Of a stretch of DNA of 64,000 nucleotides, positions 25,431-38,596 are shown in pieces. Both the position numbers and the translations under genes were made by a program. Position 1 is the stretch's first letter. Every line of letters begins with the position of its first letter. The notes under the pieces were generated by a model. The model was not told the DNA's origin, did not search any database, and saw only the letters and a program-made list of their open reading frames with translations. The stretch comes from Lepidodermella squamata (Eukaryota > Animalia > Gastrotricha): assembly GCA_047495785.1 (NCBI GenBank), contig JBLDXI010000017.1:3224001-3288000 (forward strand). Reading direction: 5' to 3'.

Positions 25431-26473
25431 ATGGTTCAAGTATGTGTCATCGGCGCAGGAGTTGTTGGTTTGTCCACCGCTTGGCAGTTACTGGAGCAAA
25501 TGGCAGATGTGTCAGTGACTATTTATGCCGACAAGTTTACTTTGCATACAACCAGTCACGGTGCCGCTGGAATATTTCAACCTCAGCCCGGCGCAACGAA
25601 TGTCAATGATTTGGACAGAATTTGCTCCGAAAGCTGGCATTTTTATGACTCCATCGTTAGATCTGAAGAAGCGCGAGAAGCTGGAATTAGCGTTATTGAT
25701 GGCTATCAACTGTATACTCACCGAATGCCGCTCGAAGAGGAAAATTATCGAAAATTTGTTTATCAATTTGCTGAAGTTGATCCCAAAACATTAACGTTTC
25801 TGCCCGATGTGTCTGGCATTGTTCAGGCGTATCACTATACCACTTTGCTGGTCGAATGTCGCCGTTATTTGCCATGGTTAATGAGAAAACTTGAGCAAAA
25901 GGGCGTCAAAATTATACAGCGTTCATTAAGTGCGCTTGAAGATGTATCTTCTGAGGACTTTGATATTATTTTCAATTGCGCTGGTCTTGGAAACATCCAG
26001 TTGACGAAAGACAATAGAATGAAACCTGTTCAGGGGCAACTAGTCCGCGTTCATGCTCCCTGGGTGAAACAATTTTACAGGCTTGACAACCACACATACA
26101 TATATCCGGGTCAAGATTTAGTAGTTCTCGGCGGCACACGTGAAGTTGGAGAGGCAAGCACTTATCCGAAGTCAGATGTTACGGCTTCGATCGTTTCACG
26201 CTGTTGCAAGCTGGTTCCCAGCCTTTCCGAAGCTAAAATCGACCATGTATGGGTAGGCTTGCGTCCTTACCGAGACGAGGTGCGCATTGAAGAAGGTACA
26301 CCGTTGTTCAACCCCAAAACTAACAGAGAAATTCGCGTAGTTCATAATTATGGGTAATGTTTTACATGTTTCTACTTTATTAATCATCCTCAATTTTCCT
26401 CAGCCACGGATCGAACGGTGTCGGATTATCGATGGGCTCTGCTGTCATTGCCGTATCACGAGTGTCCACGTAA
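25431..26473 (+). CDS. DDO: D-aspartate oxidase-like, copy 1 (2 exons)
   Basis: GAGVVG FAD-binding motif, TTSHGAAG, APWVKQFYR, YIYPG, GGTR, VGLRPYR, HNYG|HGSNG; ends SRVST*. Confidence 0.9.
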
Positions 26474-26583
26474 CTGCACTATAGCTCTTCCTTACATGAC
26501 ATCAAATGTTATAGAAAAATCGCGATATTTATTCGGAATGCTCTATATTTTCTGATTAACTGAACTATCATAGGTTAGTTAGG

Positions 26584-27654
26584 ATGGTTAAAGTCTGTAT
26601 CGTTGGTGCCGGCGTCGTTGGATTGTCGACAGCCTGGGAAGTCCTTGAGAAAATCAAAGACGCAGATGTTGTTGTTTATGCCGACAAGTTTACGGTTGAA
26701 ACCACGAGCCACGGCGCTGCGGGTATTTTCCAGCCGCAGGCCGGCTTGACAAAAGCCGCTGATTTCGGCAAAATTTGCTCGGATAGCTGGACATTTTTTG
26801 ACAGCCTTGTACGATCTAGCGAAGCTCGTAATGCCGGCATTGGCGTCATTGATGGATACCAATTGAATGAAGATGTAAGACCTGTGGAGGATGAAGCCTA
26901 TCGGAATTATGTCTATCACTTCGCGGAGGTCAAGCCCGAAAGCTTAAAATTTTTGCCCGAGGATGCGAGAAAGAAAATTGTTCAAGCGTTTCACTACACG
27001 ACGCTAATGATCGAATGTCGACGGTATTTGCCGTGGATGATGAAAAACCTGGAAATTCGAGGCGTTAAATTTCAACGCCGGTTTTTGTCGTCGTTAAACG
27101 AGCTAGCTTGTGAAAACTTTGACATTGTTTTCAATTGCGCTGGTCTTGGAAATCAGGCTTTGACAAACGACGCTCAAATGTACCCGATTCGTGGTCAAGT
27201 CATCAGGGTTAACGCGCCTTGGGTGAAACAGTTCTTTATACTAGGCGATTGGACTTACATGTTTCCCGGGCAAGATTTATTAGTCCTCGGCGGTGTTTAC
27301 CAGGAAAAGAACTACAATAGACAAGTCGACGCCACCGATTCGGCTTCGATCTGGGAACGCTGTAAACGGATCGTTCCTAGCATTGCCATGGCTACCGTTG
27401 ATCATGAATGGGTCGGATTGAGGCCTTATCGCTCGGAGATTCGCATTGAGGAGGGTTTGTCTATGATAAATCCGGCTAACAATCACAAAACACGTGTCAT
27501 TCATAATTATGGGTATTAATCTTAGAATTGTTGATTACTTCGAACTACTCCGGTATTTTTGCGTTTTAGCCATGGGTCAAATGGCGTTGGTCTTTCTATG
27601 GGAACTGCTGTTGCTGCAGTTAAATTGGCATGCGATGCGAAATCAATGCTATGA
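26584..27654 (+). CDS. D-aspartate/D-amino-acid oxidase family, copy 2 (2 exons)
   Basis: Same motifs and intron position as copy 1; ends AKSML*. Confidence 0.9.
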
Positions 27655-27777
27655 TTCTATCAAACCGAATTTTTTTTGATTGCGCTATTTATCAATCTTC
27701 AGTAACCTTTTCTTTGATTGAAAAATGGATTTAGCTGCTAAAATTACCCATGTCTAGTTATCTAGTTGAATTTTATA

Positions 27778-28847
27778 ATGGTTAAAGTTTGTGTTGTTGG
27801 CGCTGGGGTAGTCGGCCTTTCGACCGCTTGGCAAGTTATGGAGCAATTTAAAGACGCTTCCGTTGTCATTTACGCAGACAAATTTACGACACAAACAACA
27901 AGTCACGGCGCCGCTGGAATTTTCCAACCGCAACCTGGGTTGACGAAAGCGGCTGATTTCGATAAAATATGCGCCGATAGTTGGGCATTTTGCGACAGTA
28001 TTGTTCGCTCGAGTGAGGCCCGGAATGCTGGCATTAGCGTCATCGATGGCTACCAAATGTACGATAAACGTGTTCCTCTCGAGGAGGAAAATTATCGAAA
28101 ATTTGTTTATAACTTTTCGGAGGTGAATCCTCAGTCTTTGACCATGATACCCGAAGCTACTCGTGCTAAGATCGTGCAAGCGTATCATTATACGACTTTG
28201 CTCATCGAATGTCGCAGATATTTGCCTTGGCTAATGAAGAAACTTGAGCAGAGAGGCGTGGAAATAAGACAGCGGCTGTTGAATTCATTGGATGAACTCG
28301 CTAATGAAGACTTTGATTTAGTTTTCAATTGCGCTGGACTTGGTAACCTGAACCTAACCAAAGATGTTCGGATGTTTCCGATTCGTGGTCAGCTGATTAG
28401 AGTTAACGCTCCATGGGTGAAACAGTTCTTCTTTTTGGGTGACTCGACGTACATTTTCCCGGGCCAGGATCATTTGATACTGGGTGGCTGTCGTCAAAAG
28501 GGTAATTACAGCACGAAAATAGACGAAAATGATTCGCAGGCGATATGGAAGCGATGCAAAGAACTTGTTCCAAGTCTGTCCAGTGCCACCGTTGACCATG
28601 AATGGGCTGGCCTGAGACCTTACCGTGATGAAATTCGGATCGAAGAGGGTTCTTACTTGGTTAATAGCACAAATGGCCGCAAAATTCGTGTGATTCATAA
28701 CTACGGGTACAATATTCCCACTTATTGGATGAACGCCTTTTACTTATTCTGTAATCTTCTAGCCATGGGTCTAATGGCGTTGGTTGCTCCATGGGTTCCG
28801 CAGCGGCCGCCGTTGCTTTGGCTAAAAATCCAACCTCTAAGCTGTAA
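27778..28847 (+). CDS. D-aspartate/D-amino-acid oxidase family, copy 3 (2 exons)
   Basis: Same motifs and intron position; spliced product ends NPTSKL* (PTS1). Confidence 0.9.
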
Positions 28848-29212
28848 ACACTAGACATCAATATAATGGAAATTGATTCTGAAAATGGTCCTTTAGACTT
28901 GCCAAACATGCTTTTAGCTGACATGATTGACCCGGTTTTTATTAGCTATTTTAGGCCCGTCACTAATTTGACCGGTGCAAATATTTTTTGGTGGAAGTTG
29001 AATCTGCTTTATAGCTCATAATTATTTTTTTGAAACCGATGCGCTCTTTCTATGCTATTTTGTTGGGGATGCTTTTTACAAAATATCGAATTCGTTTATT
29101 ATATATTTACACATATTATTATATTTTACTATTTACCACATTTACTACACGATTAAATTCCGTTTCTGATAGGTGGTTGTTAAATGAACAGTGGTTTACA
29201 TGAGCTTCGATC

Positions 29213-29489
29213 ATGCTCATTCAGAAGTGCATTCGCCCAACCTGGATGTGGCTCAAAGCTAAACTGGCTCGATGCTACTACATTTACAACATTGAATCCT
29301 GTTGCTACTGTTTGGAACCGTGGGAAGCTTGCCTTTTCAGTAAGTTGAAATTAAATACCAAATTTTCAATAATGAAACATCCATCTCTTTTTATCTTTTC
29401 TAGATGTCATGGCATTAGTATTTTTTTGCATGATATGCGCATCGTCCTATTGGATTCTCCTGACCGCCTTTGCTAACATCGCCGGCTGA
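29213..29489 (+). CDS. Serine palmitoyltransferase small subunit (ssSPT family), 2 exons
   Basis: YYIYNIESCCYCLEPWEACLF|NVMALVFFCMICASSYW matches the ssSPT LEPWE motif followed by a TM helix; intron 29340-29403. Confidence 0.85.
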
Positions 29490-30000
29490 AATTCACGCCG
29501 TCGGTTGTGCTTCGCTCAAATTAGCAGCTATTTTATATTATTATGAAAACGACAAAGAACGATATCTACTTCTCATGATTAGTCAAATCGCATCTTCCAT
29601 CTTTTTGCACTCATTTTTGTTGCAGACGGATACTTATTTTTTCTGATTCAACTAGTCTGATATTTTTACACCTATTCTTCAAAATCTCGTCATTGTTATA
29701 GCCATGTCCGCATCGGTGCAAAATGTGCCTCATGAGTTTTTTCGTATTAATTTTCGACACGATATTAAAGTTATTTATGAATATTCGATTTTATACTCCA
29801 AATAAACTTCATTTGGTTTTATATTTCGTTTCCCTGGGTAGCAAACAGAAGGGAGGCCAGCTTCGTACAAAGAATTCGAAATGCTGTTGAGCTGATATTA
29901 AGCAGAAATTTCGTGAGAATGACAAAAGATCGAGATTTCCGCTTTATTAATTAAATCTCTAGATGCATCTATGCAACAATAAACGAGATGAGAAAGAATG

Positions 30001-30737
30001 TTAATAGGGTCGCTTGATCACAACAAGCCCGTCGACAACGTCGAGACTAAAATCAGGACCCGCGGTCATTTGAAGCAATTCCAGGTACCCGCTAGCGCCG
30101 TAACGTTGCGGCGAAATACGAGAAATATTTGGGTGTTTCATCTCCATCAAATCGTCCAGCGGTAGAGAAGATGCACCATTCGCAATCGCATCTTCGAGGC
30201 AAGTTCGAACGGCCTCGCGAAATAGTTTCAGCTGGGGCGTGTCCAGCGGTTGCACGTTCGAGACAGGCGCTTGGTTCGCCGAAGTATGGCCGCGGCTGTT
30301 TGAGCCGTAGTAATTGTTTCGCCCTATAAATTTTCCACAATTAATTTCGAGGCCTGACTGATAAAATTACCTTCCCGTTTCTGAGCCGCTCTTTCATTCC
30401 ACTTGGCCAGCGTTTCGCCTTGTTCAGACGCATGCTGAAGCGCGAAAACTTCGTAGTCGAAGCCATTAGCCATCGGGCGAAGTTCGAAATAACTTGGTGA
30501 TAGCATGAGGATGTCGTACAGAGACCTCATGCCACACCGAGGCACAGGTGTCCCCATATAACTTTCGTACTTAAGAAACAACGCACATTTTTTTATTCGA
30601 ATGATGAGAAATAATTTCCTACTGACTTGTCGCTCCAACCTTCTGACTGTTGATTTGCACCCCGGCTCGGAATCTAAAATGGAGATTATCGCCATGGTAA
30701 CCTCTTCGAACTGTTCCGCCTCAGATTTAGACGTCAT
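30001..30737 (-). CDS. Small protein with two LOTUS (OST-HTH) domains, 3 exons, about 210 aa
   Basis: IISILDS...RLERQYESYMGTPVP..GMRSLYDIL and VRTCL...LPLDDL...ISPQRYGASGYLELLQ fit the LOTUS pattern; introns 30570-30626 and 30324-30370 keep frame. Confidence 0.75.
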
Positions 30738-31231
30738 TTGAATTCAGCAAAGTAATGACTAATTATTGAAAGTCAAAATAGCGATCATGTATTTCAATTC
30801 GTTGTTTTATTCAAAAGAAATAAGCAACGCACCAATTCTTCAAAAAACAGCAATAATGTTCACATGTTCATGATACAAACTAAATCACATCATAGCACTC
30901 TATCTGAAAGGATAAACGACCAACAGAGCGCATTGTTACTACAGGCGGGTAAGTATTCCCAAATAAGGCAGCGAAAGTTGACCCCGCAGAACCAAAAAAA
31001 CATAAAATTCAATGAAACCAAGCTTGCGGATACACTTCGGCACCTCTACGTTATTGTTGCAACTGTCGTCGTTTTACAAGAAAGCATATTCACTAACCTC
31101 GCATTAGCAGGAGAAGATGGGTAATCGAAAAATACCCGAGCATGCTCACAACAATCAGTGGAATGTTCAAAGTTTAAAAATGTGAGCGCTCGTGATTTTA
31201 TTTGCAATATAGCCACGGCACGACGCCTCCA

Positions 31232-32490
31232 TTACTGGAGACGATCAGGCACAAGGGTGACCCAGGCCATGGTCGCAACGGTGCCCGCAATAGCAGACCA
31301 TTTGTAAATCGACCGACCCGTGTCGGTGGCGACCAGCAGAACAGTGAGCCCGACCGAGACGATCAGGTAAGGCAAGGTGTGGCGGAAGGGGGCTAGTTGC
31401 GAAGGCTGAGGTCGGCGAGTTCCGTCAAGTGAACCGCCGTTGGTGTAGAATTTTCGAAGCATGCTGAAATAAAATGATAAAAGGTTGATCGTAAAAACTC
31501 ATGAAATGCTCACTCATTCTTGACTCGGAATCGATCACACAACCAGGCCGCAAAGCCAGACTCTTCATTCGGAATGGTGCTGCGAGGGATGCGAGCCATA
31601 TGAATGTGAACGCGACCAGCAGAGCCAACCAGGTAGCTAGCCATGCTGGGGGTTTTCGGCTGCGACCCATCTGGCACCCAGTTGGGCGGTTCGTAGGCCA
31701 CGGTGACGTCATACACCGCATCAACGTTCGGGCCTAGACTTTGCATGGCGTGGTAAAATCCGCGATGTTTCGGCGTCAGCACTAGGTCAAAAGTCGGAAG
31801 ACCGTACTTGTCAGCGTACTTCTGATTCACCTCGACAGCTTTCTTGTTCGAAGCCCTAAACCGAGTACCCTCGGGGAAAATGACCAGCCAAAACACCCCT
31901 CGTCTAGCCAAGCTCTGCAGCTGTTCCCGGTACGAATCAGCGTCGTATCCGCCTCTTTTAACGTATACACAACCATGCTGCTTGAAATAGTAACCATACA
32001 TTGGAATATAGCGAAGAGAATTTTTCAGGACGTAGCGTAGGTTGCCGAGACACTGTTGCCGAACAGCCACGATGTCGGCGATAATCCAGTCGAAAGAGCA
32101 CTGGTGATTGCAAATAAAGACAACGCTCTCTCGGTCTGGTTGACTGCCGTCCGAGTGAGCAGCCGCGTCTCCGTATAAATAAATCTCGGTCGGAGTCCAA
32201 TTCTCGGCGAAAAATAGAATCACCCGCTGGTACGATGACCAAATAAACTCGTCGAATCTGATGAACCAGCGTCGAGTTGGCGGCGTTAGGCACGTCAACG
32301 CCTTCATTCCGAGCCATGCGAATAAAAAAGTCGGCGCGACCGAAAACAACAAAGCGAGGGGAATGCCACAGCTGAAAACGTAACGAAACGGCTTCGCAAA
32401 AGCTTCGCTGAGAGAAGTAGGCGGTTTAATCAGCGCTTTCTGCTGTCTCTCGGCCGGACTTTCGAATCGCCCCGTTGTCGTGGCGTCCAT
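31232..32490 (-). CDS. AGPAT5: 1-acylglycerol-3-phosphate acyltransferase epsilon, 2 exons
   Basis: NHQCSFDW (HxxxxD), RYVLKNSL, QHGCVYVKR, IFPEGTRF, DAVYDVTVAY; C-terminal exon 31232-about 31463. Confidence 0.9.
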
Positions 32491-32619
32491 CACAATATGT
32501 TAAAACTACTACAAAAATCGAAGGAAAACACGTTGTTGAATAATGAAACCATTAAATATATTCGTATATAAAGCCCGTTCCACGAGTTTGAAGACTTCAA
32601 CAATGTTATGAGCAGTATT

Positions 32620-35049
32620 TCAAGCAAAAACAGGCCTAGCTTTAGCCGGCTTCTTTTTCGACTTCTTGTTATTGCTATTATTACCATTGGAAACAGCAGC
32701 ACCATCTTTCTGTATGAAGCGATCTTTAGTGTACTTGAACTTAACCGGATCAAGACCGAATGCCTTGACTCGCTCGTCAGTGAAACCGAGCAACGGACCA
32801 CTTTCAGCACCTTTGTTGTGCTTTTTGTTCTTTTTCTTCGCGGTTTTCGGCTGAGCAGTATTATTTTGCTCAGCCTTCTTCGCCTCGGCTTGCTCGGCCA
32901 AGCTCGGCAAAACTTTGAGCTTTTTGTGAAGGTTTTGAGCTTTCTGTTCGTATCTACGCTTGTCCTTCAAGTCATCCTCTGGTCGTCTGTCAAATGAAAC
33001 AGCATGGTAAGAAATTGAAGGAAATTTTTAAAATTTACCTGTATTGAACGACTCTTTTCACTGAGACCCAACTATTCAACTCTTTATCACGAGCTTTCAA
33101 GACTTCTTTTGCTTCGAGACCGAAATCAATCGGCTCTACCTTGCGATATTTGAATCGGCAAGGCAGGCCGCCGACTACGTCCTCGTAATCCAGCTTATAA
33201 TATTCGTCCAAATAGTCGTCGAAGGTTTTTTCTTCTGGGTTAAACACAGGCTTCTCTTTGGCTAGCTCTTGAGCAGCACGCGACTTTTTCCTTCGCCAGG
33301 GCCTCTCGCCGCCCGCCTTTTCGGGCTCTTCGGAGGTGCCTGGCTTCTCATCGTCGGCTGCTTCTACAGGCTCGGCGTCTTCTTCCCAGTCACTTCCAGC
33401 TTCGGCTGTAAGTTGAAATCAAGGTAGAATATTAGGTATTGTACAACAAATTAAACCTTTGATTTCCTCGGCGTATTCCTTAAATTCTTCATCATCAATT
33501 GTCACGTCAGGCCGAGCTTCTTCCGCAACATTGTAATAATCATCATTGAAAACCCTTTCAAGCATTTTAGCATGAGCCTCTGGGTCGTAATCGGCGTCAA
33601 GATCTTCAGGTTTAAAAGCGCCGAATGCGCCTTCATCCTCTTCCTCCTCCTCGCCAGCGCCCGCGATCTTACGAAGCTTTTTCAACTTCTCCGATATTTC
33701 CATCCGTTTTAACCGTTTGAGGTGACGCAGCTCCTCGCGCCGTTCGACTTCTTCCTGCTGCTTTCGCTTTTTCCTATCTTCGCGCTTCTTCGCCCGAGAT
33801 TCGTCTTTCTTCCTCAGCGAATCATTAACGGTGCGAGGGTAGCTCTTAATCTGCAACAATGAATTATGATATCTGGCTTTTCAGCGAAAAAAATCCGCCT
33901 TACGAATTCTGGATCTGGTTCCTCGAAACGGAAATTGTATTTGTGTTCAAAATGATCTTGCTTTTCAACTTCAGCTTCATCGGCCTCCAAATCAACATCA
34001 CCATCGTCGGGGATTTTCTCCGCTGGGTCAGTCCCGTCATCAACTTTGCCAGTAAGGATGAAATCGCGGAGAAATTTTTCGTTTTCAGGCAGCTTTGGAT
34101 CATTCCAGTACTTTTTCAAAGGATCGAGGTCTTTGGCCTCCTCAGGGTCGACCTCGGCGGACGGCTGGCCCTTCAACCACTGAAGATAGGCTGCTTCCTC
34201 CGCGGTCTGTGCGAAAATAATCCGAGTAAAAAATTGAAAATTACATATATTAACAATGGCTACCTGTTCTTCAGTAGTTTTGGCTTTCTTAATCAATAAA
34301 GGCTCATCTTCCTCGTCGTCATCGTCATTCAAAAACTGTTTGAAGCTTTCTTTCAATTTTTTCTGCTCTTCGTTGTAAACCAGAGGCGTGTCGTCGTCGA
34401 CTATGCGCTTACCAGTATCGATTTCATCGTCATCAATTGGTTTCCTTTGGACGCACACAATAATATGAAAATCGGAAGATTTCAAATTGATGACTTACCC
34501 TCCAGCCTCGAGAATCATCTTTCGCTCGTAGTCTCGCAAATACATCGGCGCTTCTTTTTTCTTTTTATCTTTCTTGCTATCTAAACATTAAATGACAGGT
34601 AAATTCGTCAAAATAACAAATTTGCTTTACTTACCTTTCTTATCAGCGTCAGTATCTTCTTCTGTCGCGCTGTATAAGCTGAACTTAGGATCATAAATCC
34701 TTGGATCCTTCGACTTGATCATAGCTAAAGTACGCAGCCAGTCTTTGTCAGTTGCAAGGATTTCTGGTTCTCCCTCTTCTTCAGATGATGCCGATTCTGA
34801 ATCTGAGCCCGCCTCGCTGCCATCCCCAAGCTCAGCATCTTCTCCGTACTTGTCCTTCACTGCATGAGATCAATTTAGCAACACGTAAATAAACTTATAT
34901 TAGTTACACCCACATTTTCGGAGTTCCTCGCCAGCTCGCCACTTCTCGTATTTTTTCGCGTATTCTTCGTTGATTTTCAGCTCCAAGTCATCAGACTTCT
35001 CGCTTACGCTGTCATCATCTTTTTCATCAAATAATTTCGCTTTACCCAT
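32620..35049 (-). CDS. KRI1: KRI1 homolog (40S biogenesis), 8 exons
   Basis: LKINEEYA, KDKYG, KSKDPRIYD, YNFRFEEPD, SYPR, LDYEDVVGGLPCRFKYR, ELNSWVSVK. Confidence 0.93.
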
Positions 35050-35201
35050 TTTTCTTCAAGAATAAAGCATCTAAATACAATTTAAAATGATAGGAATTAT
35101 TGTATTGATCGATAAAATCACTCAAGTGTATAAAATTATAGAAAATATCACAGTGTAAAGTTTCGGAAGACGGAATGTTAAAGAAAGATGTAAATATATG
35201 A

Positions 35202-37679
35202 TCAATCTCGCGGAGTATTAGAAATTTTCACAGTTGGCTTCAAATAATTGTAATAGTTTGCATAGTTCGGGTTCATTTTCTGCTTTGCCTCAACTTGGGC
35301 TTGTGAATGCGTAGCGAGGCGAAAAAATAATTCAGCTCGGTGATACTGGTTCAAATTTTGCATCTCTGTCGTGCTTATTGCTGTCTCGACTGGCACATTA
35401 CGAAGGGCCACGCGCCATCTCCCAGATTTCACGCGAAGTTTCTCATCAAATACATCCAGCTTAACCCAAGCTTTCGATGTTAGAGGGCCACTTGCAATTG
35501 AAAGATGAACTTCGGCGATTATTGATAAATCAGCAGATGGTTCGCAGCCAGGAATTTGTTGCATCATTGACATCATGGCAATTCTATAAAAACATTCAAG
35601 TTGTACTAAACAACTGTCATCTCAATATGTCGATCAATAACCTCATATTGTAAGGAAAGAAAGTGGATTCAGGTAACACCGATGTATAAAATACTGGTAG
35701 AGATGTGGGACGGCCCAAAGCGTATACATCGTTGTACAATGCAGAATGCAGACGAACGGCAGTTGTTTCTTGAGGGAGTCCGATGATAAAATCCCAGAAT
35801 ATGTACATTCCAGCCGTCGATGTTTCCGTCTGATCAGGATAAAGCGGAGGGAAATCAATTGTTGGCCCAACAACCGGCCTAAAAGACGGTGCAGGAGGAA
35901 TGCTTTTGTCTGAGTACATGACGTTGCTATCGCCAACGTTGCAATGAGTGCACTATAAGAATTGGATAAGTTTGATCATACATTATTTTAGATCAAAATT
36001 TACCTGCGGACCGTGAGGACATGCTGACATGACTATAGGTGGTTGAAGATGTTGACCCATAGGCCGGTCTTGCCTCGTCGCAAAGTCATCAGCTGTCATA
36101 GTCATAGAGGCTAATCGTTGTTTATCCTCATTGTGAGTAATTCCCAATTTCAAGTTGTTAGATTCGCGCTCTAATTGAGCGATTTTTCGGACATATTCCA
36201 TGTGACGCCGCTCAAGCTCTTCTGATGCTTTGTTAGTCATGTTAGCTTGGATGGATTGCTGATGCAACAGGTTTATTTCGCGGGTCAAGCGATCGTTTTC
36301 AACTTCAATTGACTTCAGAGTGCTCTCCAGTCGAACATTAGCAGCTGGAAATTATCAAGTTGAATCTCAAGTCAAAAGAAAATTGAATACCGGTCGTTGA
36401 GAATGTTAGCGTCAAATGTTTAACAAGCCAACTAATAAGCAGTGGGATGAAAGCATGGAGTCTATGGCTATAGAGAGTTGACTCAAACAGCTCAACGGCG
36501 ACCGGTTTCAATCGAACTGAAAAATAGCTTACATTTCGGCTTACGCCTATGGTGGCAGCGTTTGGTCTTGGAGCAATTATTATCGCCAATATTGCGTGCT
36601 TCTCGCTCGAGCTCTGCCAAAGAAAACAGCATGTCCCCATCTCCACCTCCATGCTGAGTGTAGGCATGGCGGAGAGCTTCGATTTCTCCAATAATGCTGC
36701 CGGCGCCACCGATGTACATGAAAGGTCTCGGGGCAGGTGGAGGAGGCGGCATGGTGATCACCGTAGGAGCAGGCTTCACAGCTGGAGGATTTATGATTAT
36801 AGGCGGTTCGGGCCTTGGCAGTAAAATCGGAGGCTGGGGAGATGGCACGATTATTGGGGGTGGGGTTTGTTTTCGAGCGCTCTCTTCTATTTGCTTCAGT
36901 AAAGACTGCAAGTCTCGCATGCTAGATTGGTGAACAGCATCTTGGTCCCTGATCTGCTGTAACAGCAATAAATGAGTTGGATCGACCCCTGGTCCATTAG
37001 ATGAACTAGGTGGAGGTTGAATAATTGGGGGCGGCGGAGGAAGAGGAGGATAGGTGGGCGGTTGGCCATGTTGAATAGTTATCACCTGAGGAGGCTGCGC
37101 AGGTGGCGGCTCAATAATTACTGGTGCCTGAGGTGGAACAGGGGGATTCGGAGGAATAATATACGGTTGCCCAGGAGGAATAATGGTAGGAGGTGGCATT
37201 TGCGGAGGAGGAGGGGGAGGTGTGCGTGGCTTCATGGCCTGCATTATTGCCAACATTCCGAGGCTGCCAGTCTGATTTTGGAGTTTGTTCCTCTCCTCAG
37301 CAAGGCGTCGGTCTCTTTCTCGTATCTCAGCCAGCCTTATCTAATGATCAATTTTATTTATTAACAACGCTCCTTGGTCTCAACAAACCTGATGAACTTG
37401 GTCCAATTCGGATATTTGCTTTTGACGTATCTTCCAAAAACTGTCTTCTTCAGAGTTTTTGTTGTTCTTTGATAGCGCCTCAGCCACTCTCATCTCAAGG
37501 CGAAGCAAATCCTCCCGCAATGAATTGTCAGAGCCTTTTTCGATCCGCCTACCCCCACTACTAGGTTGCTCAGCAGTTACGCCAGGACAAAATTTGTGAC
37601 GATGCTTATGCAACAATTGAGCGTCACGAAATGTCATGTTACAGTCAGGACAGCGCAGCACGGAAGCGCTGAAAGCCAT
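35202..37679 (-). CDS. CCDC17: CCDC17-like protein
   Basis: N-terminal CxxC..F...LLxxH..KFC zinc finger, Pro-rich middle, ALRHAYTQHGGGD, IFWDFIIGL, AWVKLDVFD, SGRWRV; exon boundaries approximate. Confidence 0.8.
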
Positions 37680-38434
37680 GATGTTGGCTGATGTAAAATT
37701 GAAAAAACCTGCAACGAATAAACAATACTATGATAGTTTGTCTCGTCACAGTAGGAAGGATTAAAAGTTCTAAGTGATAAATAATGGGCCATTTTCTCAT
37801 GGGCCGAGGAGTTCCAGGATCAGAACGCACATGTAGACCGTAATCCCAGCTTTAGCTAGCACTAATTTTGTGGATTCTTCCGCAGGGATATCCTACAGAT
37901 GCTCCTAATTTGTGTTAAGAGCTGAACATTCCCCCTCCCCCTCCCTGGCGTTGCTACCGTGCACAGGGCATAAGCATATGGCAGAGACTTAAGACTTGGA
38001 CTTGCGTAGTTTTTAGGGTTGCATTAATCTCAATTTCAATTCGCGTGCGTCGCATTCCCCGTTGCTCGACAACGGCGGCTTGCGATACCTGGAATTTAAA
38101 GTGAAAATAAAATAAAACTGTATTAATCAATAAAAACATTGTCTGGCGGACATTTATACAAATTTTATGTTTTTATTGCCGCAGTAAATTTTCTGCTTGA
38201 TTTTTCTGCCCCTGCATCATCCACAGCGAACGGCTTAGCCAGAAATTGAATCCAGCTGTAGAATGGATCTATGCTACGCTGAAGCTTGTGAATTGCGAAA
38301 GTCTTATTTCTTAGATGCCTAAAACTTACGTAAGATTCCTGTCGAGAATCTTAACCGCAACTTTATTTAGATTCTGGCGGCTGGCGGTTTTATGCGTTTA
38401 TTTCACCTAAATCCGCTTCGTTGTACTCGCCGTT

Positions 38435-38596
38435 TCCAATTTCGTTGGTAGAAGCGCCCTCTCAGACGGTCAAGATTAAGGTTAAGGTTAGGTTTCGGTT
38501 TAGGGTTAGGCTTAGGTTTGGGATGGGGGATGGGTTGCCCTCGGAGCCATCTGAGAGGGAGCCCTCTGAAGGGGCACTTCTACCAACGAAATTGGA
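38435..38596. mobile_element. MITE-like element with 32-bp terminal inverted repeats and a degenerate telomere-like core
   Basis: tccaatttcgttggtagaagcgccctctcaga (38435-38466) pairs with 38565-38596 with 3 mismatches; interior ttaagg/ttaggt/ttaggg/ttaggc units. Confidence 0.7.

Noticed and set aside
2518-29489. DEGS and ssSPT as a sphingolipid gene cluster
   Set aside because: 25 kb apart with unrelated genes between; compatible with chance
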